Shown: positions 28,649-37,911 of the stretch, piece after piece
Position numbering within the stretch: position 1 is the first letter of the stretch
Layout of the letters: each line of letters begins with the position of its first letter
Notes under the pieces: generated by a model
What the model was told of the DNA's origin: nothing
The model's input: only the letters and a program-made list of their open reading frames with translations
Databases searched by the model: none
Virus record (IMG/VR): IMGVR_UViG_3300011960_000019
Length of the DNA: 64,000 nt
From: a virus
Lineage: Duplodnaviria > Heunggongvirae > Uroviricota > Caudoviricetes
Direction: 5' to 3' (one strand)
Translations under genes and position numbers: made by a program

Positions 28649-29170
28649 ATGAGTAAAACCATTCGTGTGGTCGGCGTCGACCCTTCAATGAGCAACTTTG
28701 GCCTGGCGATTGGCACGCTGGATCTGGAAACGGATAAGCTGGACATTCATGGCCTGACATTGGTGGAAACCAAAGCAGGCGGCAACAAGAAGACCGTTCG
28801 CGTAAACAGCGACGATCTGCGCCGCGCCAACGAAATCTGGCGTACAGCCAAGCCCATAATCGAACAGGCCCATATGGTGTTTTGTGAACTTCCGGTTGGT
28901 AGCCAGTCCAGTCGCGCACAAACCTCATACGGCATCTGCATTGGCGTACTGGCGTGCGTGGATAAGCCACTGATACAGGTCACGCCAAACGAGATTAAGC
29001 ACTATGTCGGGAATAAGCTGACCACGTCGAAGGAAGAGATCATTCAGTGGGCTACGCAGAAGCAGCTACCGAGGATGGGAAGCGCCCACGCCTGGAAGAG
29101 CTGGCGTTCTCACTTGGGTTCACTTACGACCGTGAGAAGGCCCACAGCGCTCTCTACGATACTGACCTGA
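28649..29170 (+). CDS. RuvC-like Holliday junction resolvase (YqgF/RuvC fold), apparently frameshifted near its 3' end
   Basis: - IRVVGVDPSMSNFGLAIG is the RuvC N-terminal catalytic motif.
- After about residue 130 the frame yields an implausible tail (MGSAHAWKSWRSHLGSLTTVRRP).
- An overlapping frame (29047-29238) gives a more protein-like continuation. Confidence 0.6.
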   Translation: MSKTIRVVGVDPSMSNFGLAIGTLDLETDKLDIHGLTLVETKAGGNKKTVRVNSDDLRRANEIWRTAKPIIEQAHMVFCELPVGSQSSRAQTSYGICIGVLACVDKPLIQVTPNEIKHYVGNKLTTSKEEIIQWATQKQLPRMGSAHAWKSWRSHLGSLTTVRRPTALSTILT

Positions 29171-29238
29171 TGATGCAGTGTTTCTTCAAAGCCCGAGAGA
29201 AATACGGCTTCTTCAAACTCCCATTCGAAAGCGCCTGA
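29047..29238 (+). pseudogene. probable out-of-frame C-terminal segment of the RuvC-like gene
   Basis: Frame B opens at 29017 and reads ...ATEDGKRPRLEELAFSLGFTYDREKAHSALYDTDLMMQCFFKAREKYG, overlapping the end of 28649..29170. Confidence 0.35.
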
Positions 29239-29366
29239 TGGCGCTTTTTCTTTGCCTTCAGTTCTTCTAACTGCCTGTAATTATGACTTTTCCGCCTGAT
29301 AGGTTTTGCCAGAATACGCTCAACCAAAACTCGGAAACGCACCAACGAAAACATAAGGAGTTAAAA

Positions 29367-30209
29367 ATGAGCGCAGTTACAAACACTGTTAAAAACGATG
29401 ACCTGGACGAACTGACTGCAATGTTGCAATCTCTCGACGAACCAGTGCAGAAAGCTGCGAAAATGAGCGGTGTCGACGAGATCGACGATCTTCTCTCTGG
29501 TCTGGATGATGCAATCGCAAAACCAGTCGAGGCGGTGGCGGATGAAGTCATGAATGCCAGCTCTACCGGCGATCTGAGTAGCGTTCTGGAAGAGCTTGAG
29601 ATTGAGCACGAATCGGTGAAGGTCGAGGAACCAGAGCGTGACCTTGTTGCGGAGATAGTGAACGAGCCAGCGCCTGAACTTGACGCTCGAAGTACTGAGA
29701 CTACCGGTACAGATCCAACCCCTTTACCTTCAGTGGCGTCAGAGCCTAAACCTGAAGAAGAGCAGCCAAAACGCCAGAAGGCAAAATCAGAGCGTACCCC
29801 GGCCAAACCTCGCTTCACGCTGGAAGGTAAGGACGAATCGTTCTATGCGACAGCCGGTCTGGAAAGTGAGAGCTTTACTGCCGCATTCGAAGGGGCGCCA
29901 GTCAAAGCGAAAGACAAGATCTTAAACCTTTTGAACTGGTTTAGTGGTGGGCCGGAAATCAGCGTCTACACGGTAATCGCAATGCGCCATATCCTTGACG
30001 CGAACACGGCGACCAGCAATAGCATTAAACTGGCGCTAATGAGCAACCCGGAGAAACCATATCCGCTCAACACCGCTTCGACTCAGGCTGGCCAGATGAT
30101 GGCTGTGTTTCCAGCTACTGGCATTGCCACCAGGGAAGGTGGAAATCTAACCCTTAATAAAGAGTCGCCGATCGTCAAAAAATTCATAGCGGAGTATTCC
30201 ATTGGATGA
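29367..30209 (+). CDS. hypothetical protein with acidic N-terminal half (280 aa)
   Basis: Met with RBS aaggag. Terminator hairpins follow at 30250-30345. Confidence 0.45.
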   Translation: MSAVTNTVKNDDLDELTAMLQSLDEPVQKAAKMSGVDEIDDLLSGLDDAIAKPVEAVADEVMNASSTGDLSSVLEELEIEHESVKVEEPERDLVAEIVNEPAPELDARSTETTGTDPTPLPSVASEPKPEEEQPKRQKAKSERTPAKPRFTLEGKDESFYATAGLESESFTAAFEGAPVKAKDKILNLLNWFSGGPEISVYTVIAMRHILDANTATSNSIKLALMSNPEKPYPLNTASTQAGQMMAVFPATGIATREGGNLTLNKESPIVKKFIAEYSIG

Positions 30210-30394
30210 TGTTCCCCTACCCGATCTAAAGCCCCCTGACAGCTTTAGGACGCTGGGTAAGCTAATTGCATACCCAGCATCGATAAAACGCGCCAGAGAG
30301 CTTCCCGTTTGCGAATCTGGCGCGTTCTTCTTTGTTTGCTATCCGTTTGATTAAATGAAAAAATAGGTAAGCATTTACCTATCAAAGCAAGATA

Positions 30395-30988
30395 ATGATC
30401 GCAGCCGAAAAAATCAAAAAGCGAGAGCGTGATGCCTCTCTTCGCGACCTTTGGCGCACACCGCAGTGGTTGTTTGTCGCCATCCAACGTTACATAGGCG
30501 TAAAGTTCGATGTGGACGTCGCCTGCAACAAAGATAACGCTCTCCTGCCGAACTTTATCGGTATTGAGCGTGATGCGCTCAAGTGCAGCTGGGGAGAACC
30601 TGGCACTGTGGCGTTCCTTAACCCGCCCTACTCCAAAATCACCCCCTGGATAGACGCAGCCATCCGCGAGCAGGCGCGTGGAGTGACGACGGTCATGTTG
30701 ATACCACAATCCCTCGATACGCAGTGGTACGAGCGTGCGGCTGAATGCGCCAACGAAACCGTCATCTTGTCTGGCGGCCGCGTGGCGTTCGTTGAGCCAG
30801 ATGTTGAACTTGGGCTGGTGGAGGTGAACATCAACCCTGGTGGCAGCATGTTGCTTATCTTCCGTGGCTACTGTCAGGAAGCTGGGCACACCATCAGCAA
30901 GATACCGCTGGCGGTGATGAAAAAGCTGGGTGGTTATGATCCTGCCAATGTTGTCAGGAAGAAGAGACCACGTAAAAAGGCAGCGTAA
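30395..30988 (+). CDS. dam: phage-type DNA N6-adenine methyltransferase (Dam-like)
   Basis: DLWRTPQWLF...FDVDVACNKDN...VAFLNPPYS (motif IV NPPY)...TTVMLIPQSLDTQWYER is typical of the phage N6A-MTase family. Confidence 0.75.
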   Translation: MIAAEKIKKRERDASLRDLWRTPQWLFVAIQRYIGVKFDVDVACNKDNALLPNFIGIERDALKCSWGEPGTVAFLNPPYSKITPWIDAAIREQARGVTTVMLIPQSLDTQWYERAAECANETVILSGGRVAFVEPDVELGLVEVNINPGGSMLLIFRGYCQEAGHTISKIPLAVMKKLGGYDPANVVRKKRPRKKAA

Positions 30989-31190
30989 ACACCAGTCTGG
31001 GAGTTAGTTTGAGAACCTGCTTCCGTATATATAAATAACTAAGTACTAATTATTAATATATACAGACGCAGGCTTTTTAAGACGTGATTTCCAAACAACT
31101 CCCAGACCGTTTTACACCTCCAGAACCCACTGGAACCCCTCTTCAGACGCTCTAGAATCGATTTTATGAACCACAGTAAGGAAAACTATC

Positions 31191-31421
31191 ATGGTATACC
31201 CGACGAACGTCGTAGCGCTCGTTGAGAGCGATTTTCTGGCCAAAGTGCGCGACATGATGAAAGATCGCGATAAGGCTTTCAGTCTCTACGAATGGTCGCT
31301 CAAATGTCTTCATTCAGGCGAGCACAAAGAGCTGGTGGAGCAGCTGTTAGGGGAACTCATCAATGAGGTGTTTGCCCTGAACGTCCAGCTTCATGGTCGA
31401 GAAAATAATCAATCGAAATAA
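31191..31421 (+). CDS. hypothetical protein (76 aa)
   Basis: ORF track. Confidence 0.35.
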   Translation: MVYPTNVVALVESDFLAKVRDMMKDRDKAFSLYEWSLKCLHSGEHKELVEQLLGELINEVFALNVQLHGRENNQSK

Positions 31422-32055
31422 TCGGTAAGTACTTACCATTTAAAACGCAGATCGCCAGTGATAAAATCTACCCGCTTTCCGGATTGATTCCGGCAGCTCG
31501 ACCTGATGGGTGGGGGATAGCGTCACTGGCGTCAGGTTTAAAAAAGCTCACTACCAGCGTAGAACCGGCACCGTTTAGGGGTTGGGGAAGGGGGAACCAA
31601 AGTGGGCAGAGAGAAGGGTCACTTTATGATTGTCGAGTCTGGAGTATTTCGAGAGGTTGAATCCAGTGCTCCCCTTCATAAAGTGTGGGAAGATCTCGGT
31701 TCTGGGGTGCTGTCATCCATAACTTCCCAAGCCTAAGCTGGCAGTAGACTTAGGTCATAACTTTTCAGGTTATGAAACGACCAGGTTGGTGAGGAAATTC
31801 TGTACTCACCTCCCTGGGAGAGTATTACCTGAAAAGACAACCTCTCACTTCGTTCGAGGTGAACTTCACTCACTTCGTTCGTTCAGTTCAGGTTTTATTA
31901 AAACCTGTTCTGGGAAGTAAGTTTTTATTTTCTAGAAAATTTTTAATATTTACATGCACGCGTGCGAGGGAAAAAATCGCCCATTGTAATGTCTTCAATG
32001 TGCCAGAAGCGGACGTTAAACCAATACCCGGTAGTGAGCATCACCGGGCATGAAG

Positions 32056-32781
32056 TTATTCTTGAGTTGCTTTGTAACGAGCTTCCAGCTTATCCAGGAA
32101 ACCAAACAACACCTGATTCATTTCGCTGTAATCGTGCGCCCGGAGTGCTTCAGGTGTGTTAACGAAACGGTATTCTGCGGCGCGGCTCAGGTCTTTTTCA
32201 GAATGCGCAATCAGCAGTTCAACTACTTCCAGCGTCAGTTCCATATGGCACTGGAAACCAAATATACGATCTGAATACGCAACGATCTGTCGTGGACAAC
32301 CTTCGCTGTAAGCAATAATTTTTGCTTCTGGTGTCAGGCCCGGCATGTCGTTATGCCAGTGTCCGACTTCCAGCGTACAGCCAAAGTGAGAGAACATCTC
32401 ATCTTTGCTGCCAACTTCCGTCAGTGTGATCGGAAATTTACCTATCTCTTTTTCGGGGCTGTGCGCGAATGGCGCGCCCAGCGCTTCACCGATTAACTGT
32501 GAGCCAAGGCAGATACCGATCACGGCTTTATCAGCCTGAATAGCAGAAGCAATCAACGCCTGTTCACCTTTGGAATCAAAGTGCGGGCATTCTTCCAGAG
32601 TAGTGACTGGATTTTGCGGACCGCCCATAACGATCAGGAAATCGATGCCTTCCGCGTCTGCTGGCAGCACGTCACCTGCGTACACACGTGAATACGTCAG
32701 ATCATGACCGCGGTTACTTGCCCATGTTTCATAAGCCCCCGGGGCTTCAAAACTTTCATGTACGATAAAGTGGACTCGCAT
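32056..32781 (-). CDS. class I glutamine amidotransferase-like protein
   Basis: AVIGICLGSQLIGEALGA carries the catalytic Cys of the GATase1 nucleophile elbow; the HxE region follows further on. Confidence 0.7.
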   Translation of the reverse strand: MRVHFIVHESFEAPGAYETWASNRGHDLTYSRVYAGDVLPADAEGIDFLIVMGGPQNPVTTLEECPHFDSKGEQALIASAIQADKAVIGICLGSQLIGEALGAPFAHSPEKEIGKFPITLTEVGSKDEMFSHFGCTLEVGHWHNDMPGLTPEAKIIAYSEGCPRQIVAYSDRIFGFQCHMELTLEVVELLIAHSEKDLSRAAEYRFVNTPEALRAHDYSEMNQVLFGFLDKLEARYKATQE

Positions 32782-32899
32782 GGGGTATGCTCCTGTAATA
32801 TCAATGATAATTTGAATGATGAATCACTCACCCATCCATTAAGGCTATACTGCGGGTGACTCTAACGTCGATATCATAATTGCAGGGGCTAAATCTGAA

Positions 32900-33673
32900 A
32901 TGCCAGGTAGTATAGATAAAGCGCCAAGACATGATGAAGCAACAGGCTGGTCAGGCACAGCGATAAGCTATCAACGTGGAGAGGCGGACCCTCCCCATCA
33001 TCATGTTGAGGGGCAGTTATTGTTTGCCACCAGAGGCGTGATGCTGGTTGAAACAGAGAGTGACCGCTGGGTAATACCCCCTCAGCGGGCATTATGGATA
33101 CCGCCTCTTCAGATCCATAGTTACAACCTGCTTTCACAAACAGACCTGCGTGCTGTTTATTTCAGCAGCAGCCTTATCGCTGAATGCACGAATTTTACAA
33201 AGAGTCATCAGGTGCATGTGATTACAGCTACGGCACTGGTGAAAGAGCTGATAGCCGGGCTATTCAGTGAGGATTACCAGAGGCCGAGTCAACGGAAAAT
33301 GGCCCTGTTGCTTCTGGAAATTCTCAGCGAGACTCCTCCCTTAACTACGGAGCTTCCTATGCCGCATGATGAGAGATTATTCCGTGCGGCCAGAGAACTG
33401 TTGGTTAATCAGCGCTGGGAAGCATCGCTGAGCGAACTGGCTTTTATCGCAGCCATGTCTGAACGTACATTTTCGCGATTGTTTATTAAGGATACTGGTT
33501 TCAGTTATAGAACGTGGAAGCAGAGAGCCAGAATTTGTGCTTCGTTAGATCTTCTCGCGAATGGCATCCCAATCAAACAAGTTGCTTACCTGCTAGGTTT
33601 CTCATGCCCGGCATCATTTACAGCCGCTTTTCGGTTCATTCTGGGCTCAACGCCGCGCGATTTTTTGCCTTAG
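32900..33673 (+). CDS. AraC-family transcriptional regulator (cupin N-domain + AraC HTH)
   Basis: C-terminal TFSRLFIKDTGFSYRTWKQRARI...IKQVAYLLGFSCPASFTAAFRFILGSTPRDF is an AraC-type HTH. Divergent from the amidotransferase. Confidence 0.8.
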   Translation: MPGSIDKAPRHDEATGWSGTAISYQRGEADPPHHHVEGQLLFATRGVMLVETESDRWVIPPQRALWIPPLQIHSYNLLSQTDLRAVYFSSSLIAECTNFTKSHQVHVITATALVKELIAGLFSEDYQRPSQRKMALLLLEILSETPPLTTELPMPHDERLFRAARELLVNQRWEASLSELAFIAAMSERTFSRLFIKDTGFSYRTWKQRARICASLDLLANGIPIKQVAYLLGFSCPASFTAAFRFILGSTPRDFLP

Positions 33674-33763
33674 TCTTTATATCAATGTCCGCTCTTCGCT
33701 CACAGCGGACCTTCAGCCCACGAAGCCCGACCGCGTCGAGTAATATGCGGACAGACTGTAGTG

Positions 33764-34366
33764 CTAACTGCATTGTAGCTGTGAGATTTCACCATCGATG
33801 GCTTCTATAACCTGTTTATAGCGCATCATGACCTCTTCATGAATCATCATTAATCCGCGGCCGTACTCTGTGGCTAGGATTGTGTATCTTTTCAGGTGTG
33901 CAAGATGCTCTTTGTTGCCAGTAATGTCACTGGCAACCTGCGTGGAGTCCAGTCTTTCGATAAGGGCATTATTACCGCGATAGGAATCAATTAGGCTTCT
34001 TGCGCTTGTATAAAAAGCCACAATTTTTGATAGTGTTTCTCTATGAACTTCAGGTAGAGATGCCGAGTTAGCTTCATAGAAAGTGAAGTAGTTTTGAGTA
34101 ATCGGGAAAATGTTATCGAACGGTGAGTTCCGGTCGTATTTTTCGATTTCCTCTTCCATTCTGGCCTTATACAACTTAATCAGTGAGTCTATTTCCTCTC
34201 TGACACCCAATAGCGTTGTGATACGCTTCTCACTGGCCGCTGTTGCCCGCTGTTTTGCCTGCTGTTTCGCTTGAACTATCACTCCTATCATCGTGAAACA
34301 GCCACCTAAAAGAGCCGCTAAAAATGCGGAGATGAGATCTAAATATTCGTGCCAGAAGGCTAGCAT
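33764..34366 (-). CDS. membrane-anchored hypothetical protein (200 aa), low GC
   Basis: N-terminal TM LISAFLAALLGGCFTMIGVIV. No motif. Confidence 0.4.
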   Translation of the reverse strand: MLAFWHEYLDLISAFLAALLGGCFTMIGVIVQAKQQAKQRATAASEKRITTLLGVREEIDSLIKLYKARMEEEIEKYDRNSPFDNIFPITQNYFTFYEANSASLPEVHRETLSKIVAFYTSARSLIDSYRGNNALIERLDSTQVASDITGNKEHLAHLKRYTILATEYGRGLMMIHEEVMMRYKQVIEAIDGEISQLQCS

Positions 34367-34604
34367 GGCTAAGATTCCATTGGGTTAGATTGTGTCTATT
34401 TAACCACATCATGATACGAACATACCTTCCAAAATGTTGCCATGAACTCATCTGTTGCCGTCTGGGGTATTAGCACCGTGCTCTCTCGTTATCAAAGGCT
34501 TGGTCCAATCCTCTCTCAAAGCCGATCTATTGAACGGCCTGCTCTGATCGCCTCCTACTCCGCAGCTGATATGCCTTACAAGCGTGACATTGGATTTTTG
34601 TCAT

Positions 34605-34636
34605 AAAATGATAGGTAAGTATTTACCTATCATTTT
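34605..34636. promoter_or_regulatory. 32-bp near-perfect palindrome aaaatgataggtaagtatttacctatcatttt (dispersed palindrome family)
   Basis: Read directly. Intergenic. Confidence 0.55.
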
Positions 34637-35016
34637 AAATCAAGTATCTTACCGTTCGTCAGGATGACGAAGTACCGGTTAGGTACTGTTCCAGGATGGA
34701 ACGCCAAAAGGCGGCTGGCTAGGCCAGCCGCAACTCTTTCTGACACTGAATGGAATCCAAATGGCACGTCAAACGCCTTTCACTTCTTTCAATAAACGTC
34801 CCCGTTCAATTCGCCTGGTTCTGGCCGAGCTGTTTAGCGGTCGTGTTTCTGCACGCCTTGCGGAACTGGAAGAACGAGTGTTTGAGCTGGAGAAGCGCAT
34901 TGATGCGCAAGCTACCGCCATAGCAAATCTGGGCGCGACAGTAGGCATGGGGAAGGTGCGTGATTCCGTCGCCTCTCGTGTGTTGCGTGAATCCCAGGCA
35001 CACAAGGACAGTTCTC

Positions 35017-35268
35017 ATGGAAAATTTTCAACGAAATCGACTGAAGCCAATGGCCTACGGAGTAATTTTAGCAACCCTGGCAGCGGTAGCCGTACCAGCC
35101 GGTCAGAGTCTGTTGATACCGGACAAAACTACTTCCACCACAACCCTGCAGACGACACCCCTGCCAGAACGACCCCCTGTCTCTCTGGATGGGATGCTGC
35201 TGGACACGATTCCAGCTCGACCTGCAACTCCGGATCTTCCTTCTACTGTGACTGAGGCTATTGCATGA
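35017..35268 (+). CDS. small Pro/Thr-rich protein with N-terminal signal-anchor (83 aa)
   Basis: RBS aaggacag. MENFQRNRLKPMAYGVILATLAAVAVPA. Its stop overlaps the next start (ATGA). Overlaps the alternative track ORF 34761..35255. Confidence 0.35.
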   Translation: MENFQRNRLKPMAYGVILATLAAVAVPAGQSLLIPDKTTSTTTLQTTPLPERPPVSLDGMLLDTIPARPATPDLPSTVTEAIA

Positions 35269-35453
35269 AATGGAGCTTCCAGAAAGTCACCGCGATGATT
35301 GTTGGCCTCGCCATTTTTCTGCTTGGTGGCTGGATCATGAATCTGGTGAAACTCGTGAACGGTGGCGATCTTCAGTTTGATGCCGGAATGACACTTGCGC
35401 GTGTCGTGGGAATTTTCGTTGTTCCGGTGGGCAGCATTCTTGGATTTTTTTAA
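35265..35453 (+). CDS. small two-TM membrane protein (62 aa)
   Basis: MKWSFQKVTAMIVGLAIFLLGGWIM...VVGIFVVPVGSILGFF. Confidence 0.4.
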   Translation: MKWSFQKVTAMIVGLAIFLLGGWIMNLVKLVNGGDLQFDAGMTLARVVGIFVVPVGSILGFF

Positions 35454-35532
35454 CAATGAAGACCTTCAGCGTGGGCGTCCGCCTTTACGTAGCGTTTGCC
35501 CACCTTTTCAGTCACGCCACAATAACGCCATC

Positions 35533-35555
35533 GAGAAAACAACTTGTTTAAAAAC
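35533..35555 (+). promoter_or_regulatory. conserved promoter-leader cassette (AAACAA-N-TTGTTT family)
   Basis: gagaaaacaacttgtttaaaaac about 20 nt upstream of the ATG at 35571. Confidence 0.5.
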
Positions 35556-35570
35556 ATAAGGAAAAAACAC

Positions 35571-36143
35571 ATGTGCGAAAAATGCAAAAAAACTAATGCC
35601 AAAGTTGAAAACGTGATTAAAAAAGTTGGTGCGGCCGAACTGGTTGAGATCATGGGTCTTGTGGTTGGTCACGAAGACGACGCCTCCCCTATCGACCGCC
35701 TTTTCAGCGTTCTCAAGTTCTCAAGCATGATTGATGATCCGATTGAAATTGTGATGCTGGCGCGTCATTTCGGCGAAGCGTATCTGGAAGAGAAAGAACG
35801 CGCCGACAAACTTCAGGCAACTCTGGAAATGGTAAGCAAGCCGAAGTGCTCACCGGATTCAGTCAAGGCAGATGAAACCAACGCCAGCAAAGATCGCGAA
35901 ATCGCCGGACTGAAGTCTTCTCTGGCGATGTTGCTGGCTGCCTTCAAACTGATGTCTTCCCAGGCTGGGTTCAAAATGCCTGAGCTGAACAGCGACGATC
36001 CGATGGCCGTTCGCCAGCTGCTGGGGCCAATGGCCGACCAGCTTGACGACACCAAGAGCCGTCTTGAAGACATGATGCGCGAGCTGACCCATCGCCACGA
36101 CCTGAACAAACAGCCGCACAAAACGCAGCACGTACACCACTAA
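35571..36143 (+). CDS. hypothetical protein (190 aa)
   Basis: RBS aaggaaaaaac. Terminator at 36161-36183 (gggggcgaaagccccc plus T-run). Confidence 0.45.
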   Translation: MCEKCKKTNAKVENVIKKVGAAELVEIMGLVVGHEDDASPIDRLFSVLKFSSMIDDPIEIVMLARHFGEAYLEEKERADKLQATLEMVSKPKCSPDSVKADETNASKDREIAGLKSSLAMLLAAFKLMSSQAGFKMPELNSDDPMAVRQLLGPMADQLDDTKSRLEDMMRELTHRHDLNKQPHKTQHVHH

Positions 36144-36243
36144 TTTCTCACCTGCCGACAGGGGGCGAAAGCCCCCTTTTTTACGCCTTAAATCAGCTGC
36201 AACGCCTGTGAATGCTGCTTTTACGCCTTTTCAACTTTGGGAA

Positions 36244-36273
36244 AATAACACCAACAAGAAAACATTTTGTTTA
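36244..36273 (+). promoter_or_regulatory. conserved promoter-leader cassette
   Basis: aataacaccaacaagaaaacattttgttta. Confidence 0.5.
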
Positions 36274-36284
36274 ATGGTGCAATC

Positions 36285-37619
36285 ATGAATACAGCCCTTT
36301 CCATCATTGACGCTATCACCCCAAACACTGATATCGACTACCGGCAGGAAATGAACGTCATCCACGAAATTGTGGCCGAGTGCGAGAAAGAGATCGCATT
36401 CATGCATCAGGTTCACGACTTCGTTTATGGCGACGAACGCCACAACATGATTAACCGCCTGCTGCGACTCAACCACCGGCCGGATGACGAGCGCACACGC
36501 TTTAACAGAGCCTGGCTGGACAAGGTCGACCTTGAATGGGTGAAACAGAATATCTGGGCCGAGTACTGGAAGAAGGTCACGGATATGACAAACGTTCTGC
36601 TGATCATGCCAGCTTCCCGCCGCGACGAGTGGCGTGAGCAGTTTATCGAGGGCAAGCAGGAGACCATCAGGACTGACAGAACCGGCTACCAGATGAAGGT
36701 TAAGGAGTTCGTTGGTGTGCCGGAGTTCAAAGCAGAAACGGTCATCCCAACGATGCTCAATCTGCTGAATGACAGGCACAAATATCTCTCTGAGCGCGTG
36801 TATGGCTTGTTTAAAGCGCTGAGTCCTGCCCACAAGACCAATAAGACGAACGGCTTTAGCGAGCGTCTGATCATCGCCAACTGCATTTCCGATTTCTGGC
36901 GGGACAGCGTCAGCGTGAACTACCGGAAAGAGGACTACATCGACGACCTGCGCGTCATGCTTCATTTCTTCGCACACAAAGAGTTCATCACCATCAACCG
37001 CACAACTGAGATGCTATCAGCTGCGTACCGGGCAAACGACTGCCAGACCGGTGACTGGATGAATGTCGACGGAAACCTGATGCGCGTGAAGATGTTCAAG
37101 AACGGCAACGTTCACTTTGAAATACATCCTGACGTGGCCTGGAAGCTGAATGAGGTGCTGGCTTACAGTATGCCTGCAGCAATCCCGGCGCCATGCCGTA
37201 CTGCACCCAAAACACGGGCACCAAAAGAGTTCGGGTTAATCCAGAAGACGATCTCCGAGCCGGCTCGTACCGCGCTGCGCGAGGGGCGATTCAGCAAAGA
37301 CAAAGGCGTCTGGTACTTCTCTGATTCCAACCTCCAGAAGTCGCAGGTGGAAGAGCTTGAGCGCACACTGAACTTCATTGGCGGCGTACAGGAGAAAAAG
37401 CACTGGCAGTTCCCGTATGAGATCGGCCATACGCTCAATACGATTGTGGCCACCGGCTTAATACCGGATACAAAATCACACCAGTTCTACCCTACCCCAC
37501 GTTTGATAGCGGAGTACGTTGCCAGAGCCATTGAGCTGAAGCCAGGTGAGAAGCTGCTGGAGCCTGAAGCCGGGCGTGGAGATCTGCTGGCCTGCATCGA
37601 CGCTAATCCGGAATCATAA
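36285..37619 (+). CDS. protein with uncharacterised N-terminal domain and C-terminal AdoMet-MTase motif I (truncated N6-adenine methyltransferase-like)
   Basis: The last 45 residues, FYPTPRLIAEYVARAIELKPGEKLLEPEAGRGDLLACIDANPES*, match motif X/I of gamma/beta-class N6A MTases. The ORF stops 10 aa after motif I, and no NPPY/DPPY motif is present. Confidence 0.5.
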   Translation: MNTALSIIDAITPNTDIDYRQEMNVIHEIVAECEKEIAFMHQVHDFVYGDERHNMINRLLRLNHRPDDERTRFNRAWLDKVDLEWVKQNIWAEYWKKVTDMTNVLLIMPASRRDEWREQFIEGKQETIRTDRTGYQMKVKEFVGVPEFKAETVIPTMLNLLNDRHKYLSERVYGLFKALSPAHKTNKTNGFSERLIIANCISDFWRDSVSVNYRKEDYIDDLRVMLHFFAHKEFITINRTTEMLSAAYRANDCQTGDWMNVDGNLMRVKMFKNGNVHFEIHPDVAWKLNEVLAYSMPAAIPAPCRTAPKTRAPKEFGLIQKTISEPARTALREGRFSKDKGVWYFSDSNLQKSQVEELERTLNFIGGVQEKKHWQFPYEIGHTLNTIVATGLIPDTKSHQFYPTPRLIAEYVARAIELKPGEKLLEPEAGRGDLLACIDANPES

Positions 37620-37911
37620 AGTTGCGCAGAGAGAGGGAAATCGACGCAGAAACGGCCAGAAATGTGTGGGACGAAGCTGAAAAAGCTGATGACGTAAAAG
37701 AGAGTTGCTGCTGTTTCGGAGTAGGTAACGAACTGCTGAGTTTGTTTGGCGATGATCCGTGGTATGCAGGCTGGCCAACGGTGCCAAATCCAGCATACCA
37801 ATACCTTGAGCGTATTGTCAGAGCGGTACGTGATGGACTGAAAGTGCTTGACGATCAGTCGAGAGAAGCAGTCGGTTAAGTGATATAGTCAGGCGCTTTT
37901 GTATTTTTGGA

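Noticed and set aside
34761-35255. 164-aa ORF
   Set aside because: It is plausibly real in its first half. However, its second half overlaps a better-supported frame (35017-35268, RBS plus ATGA coupling to the next gene) and reads as Ser/Gly-rich low complexity. It is left unresolved rather than called.
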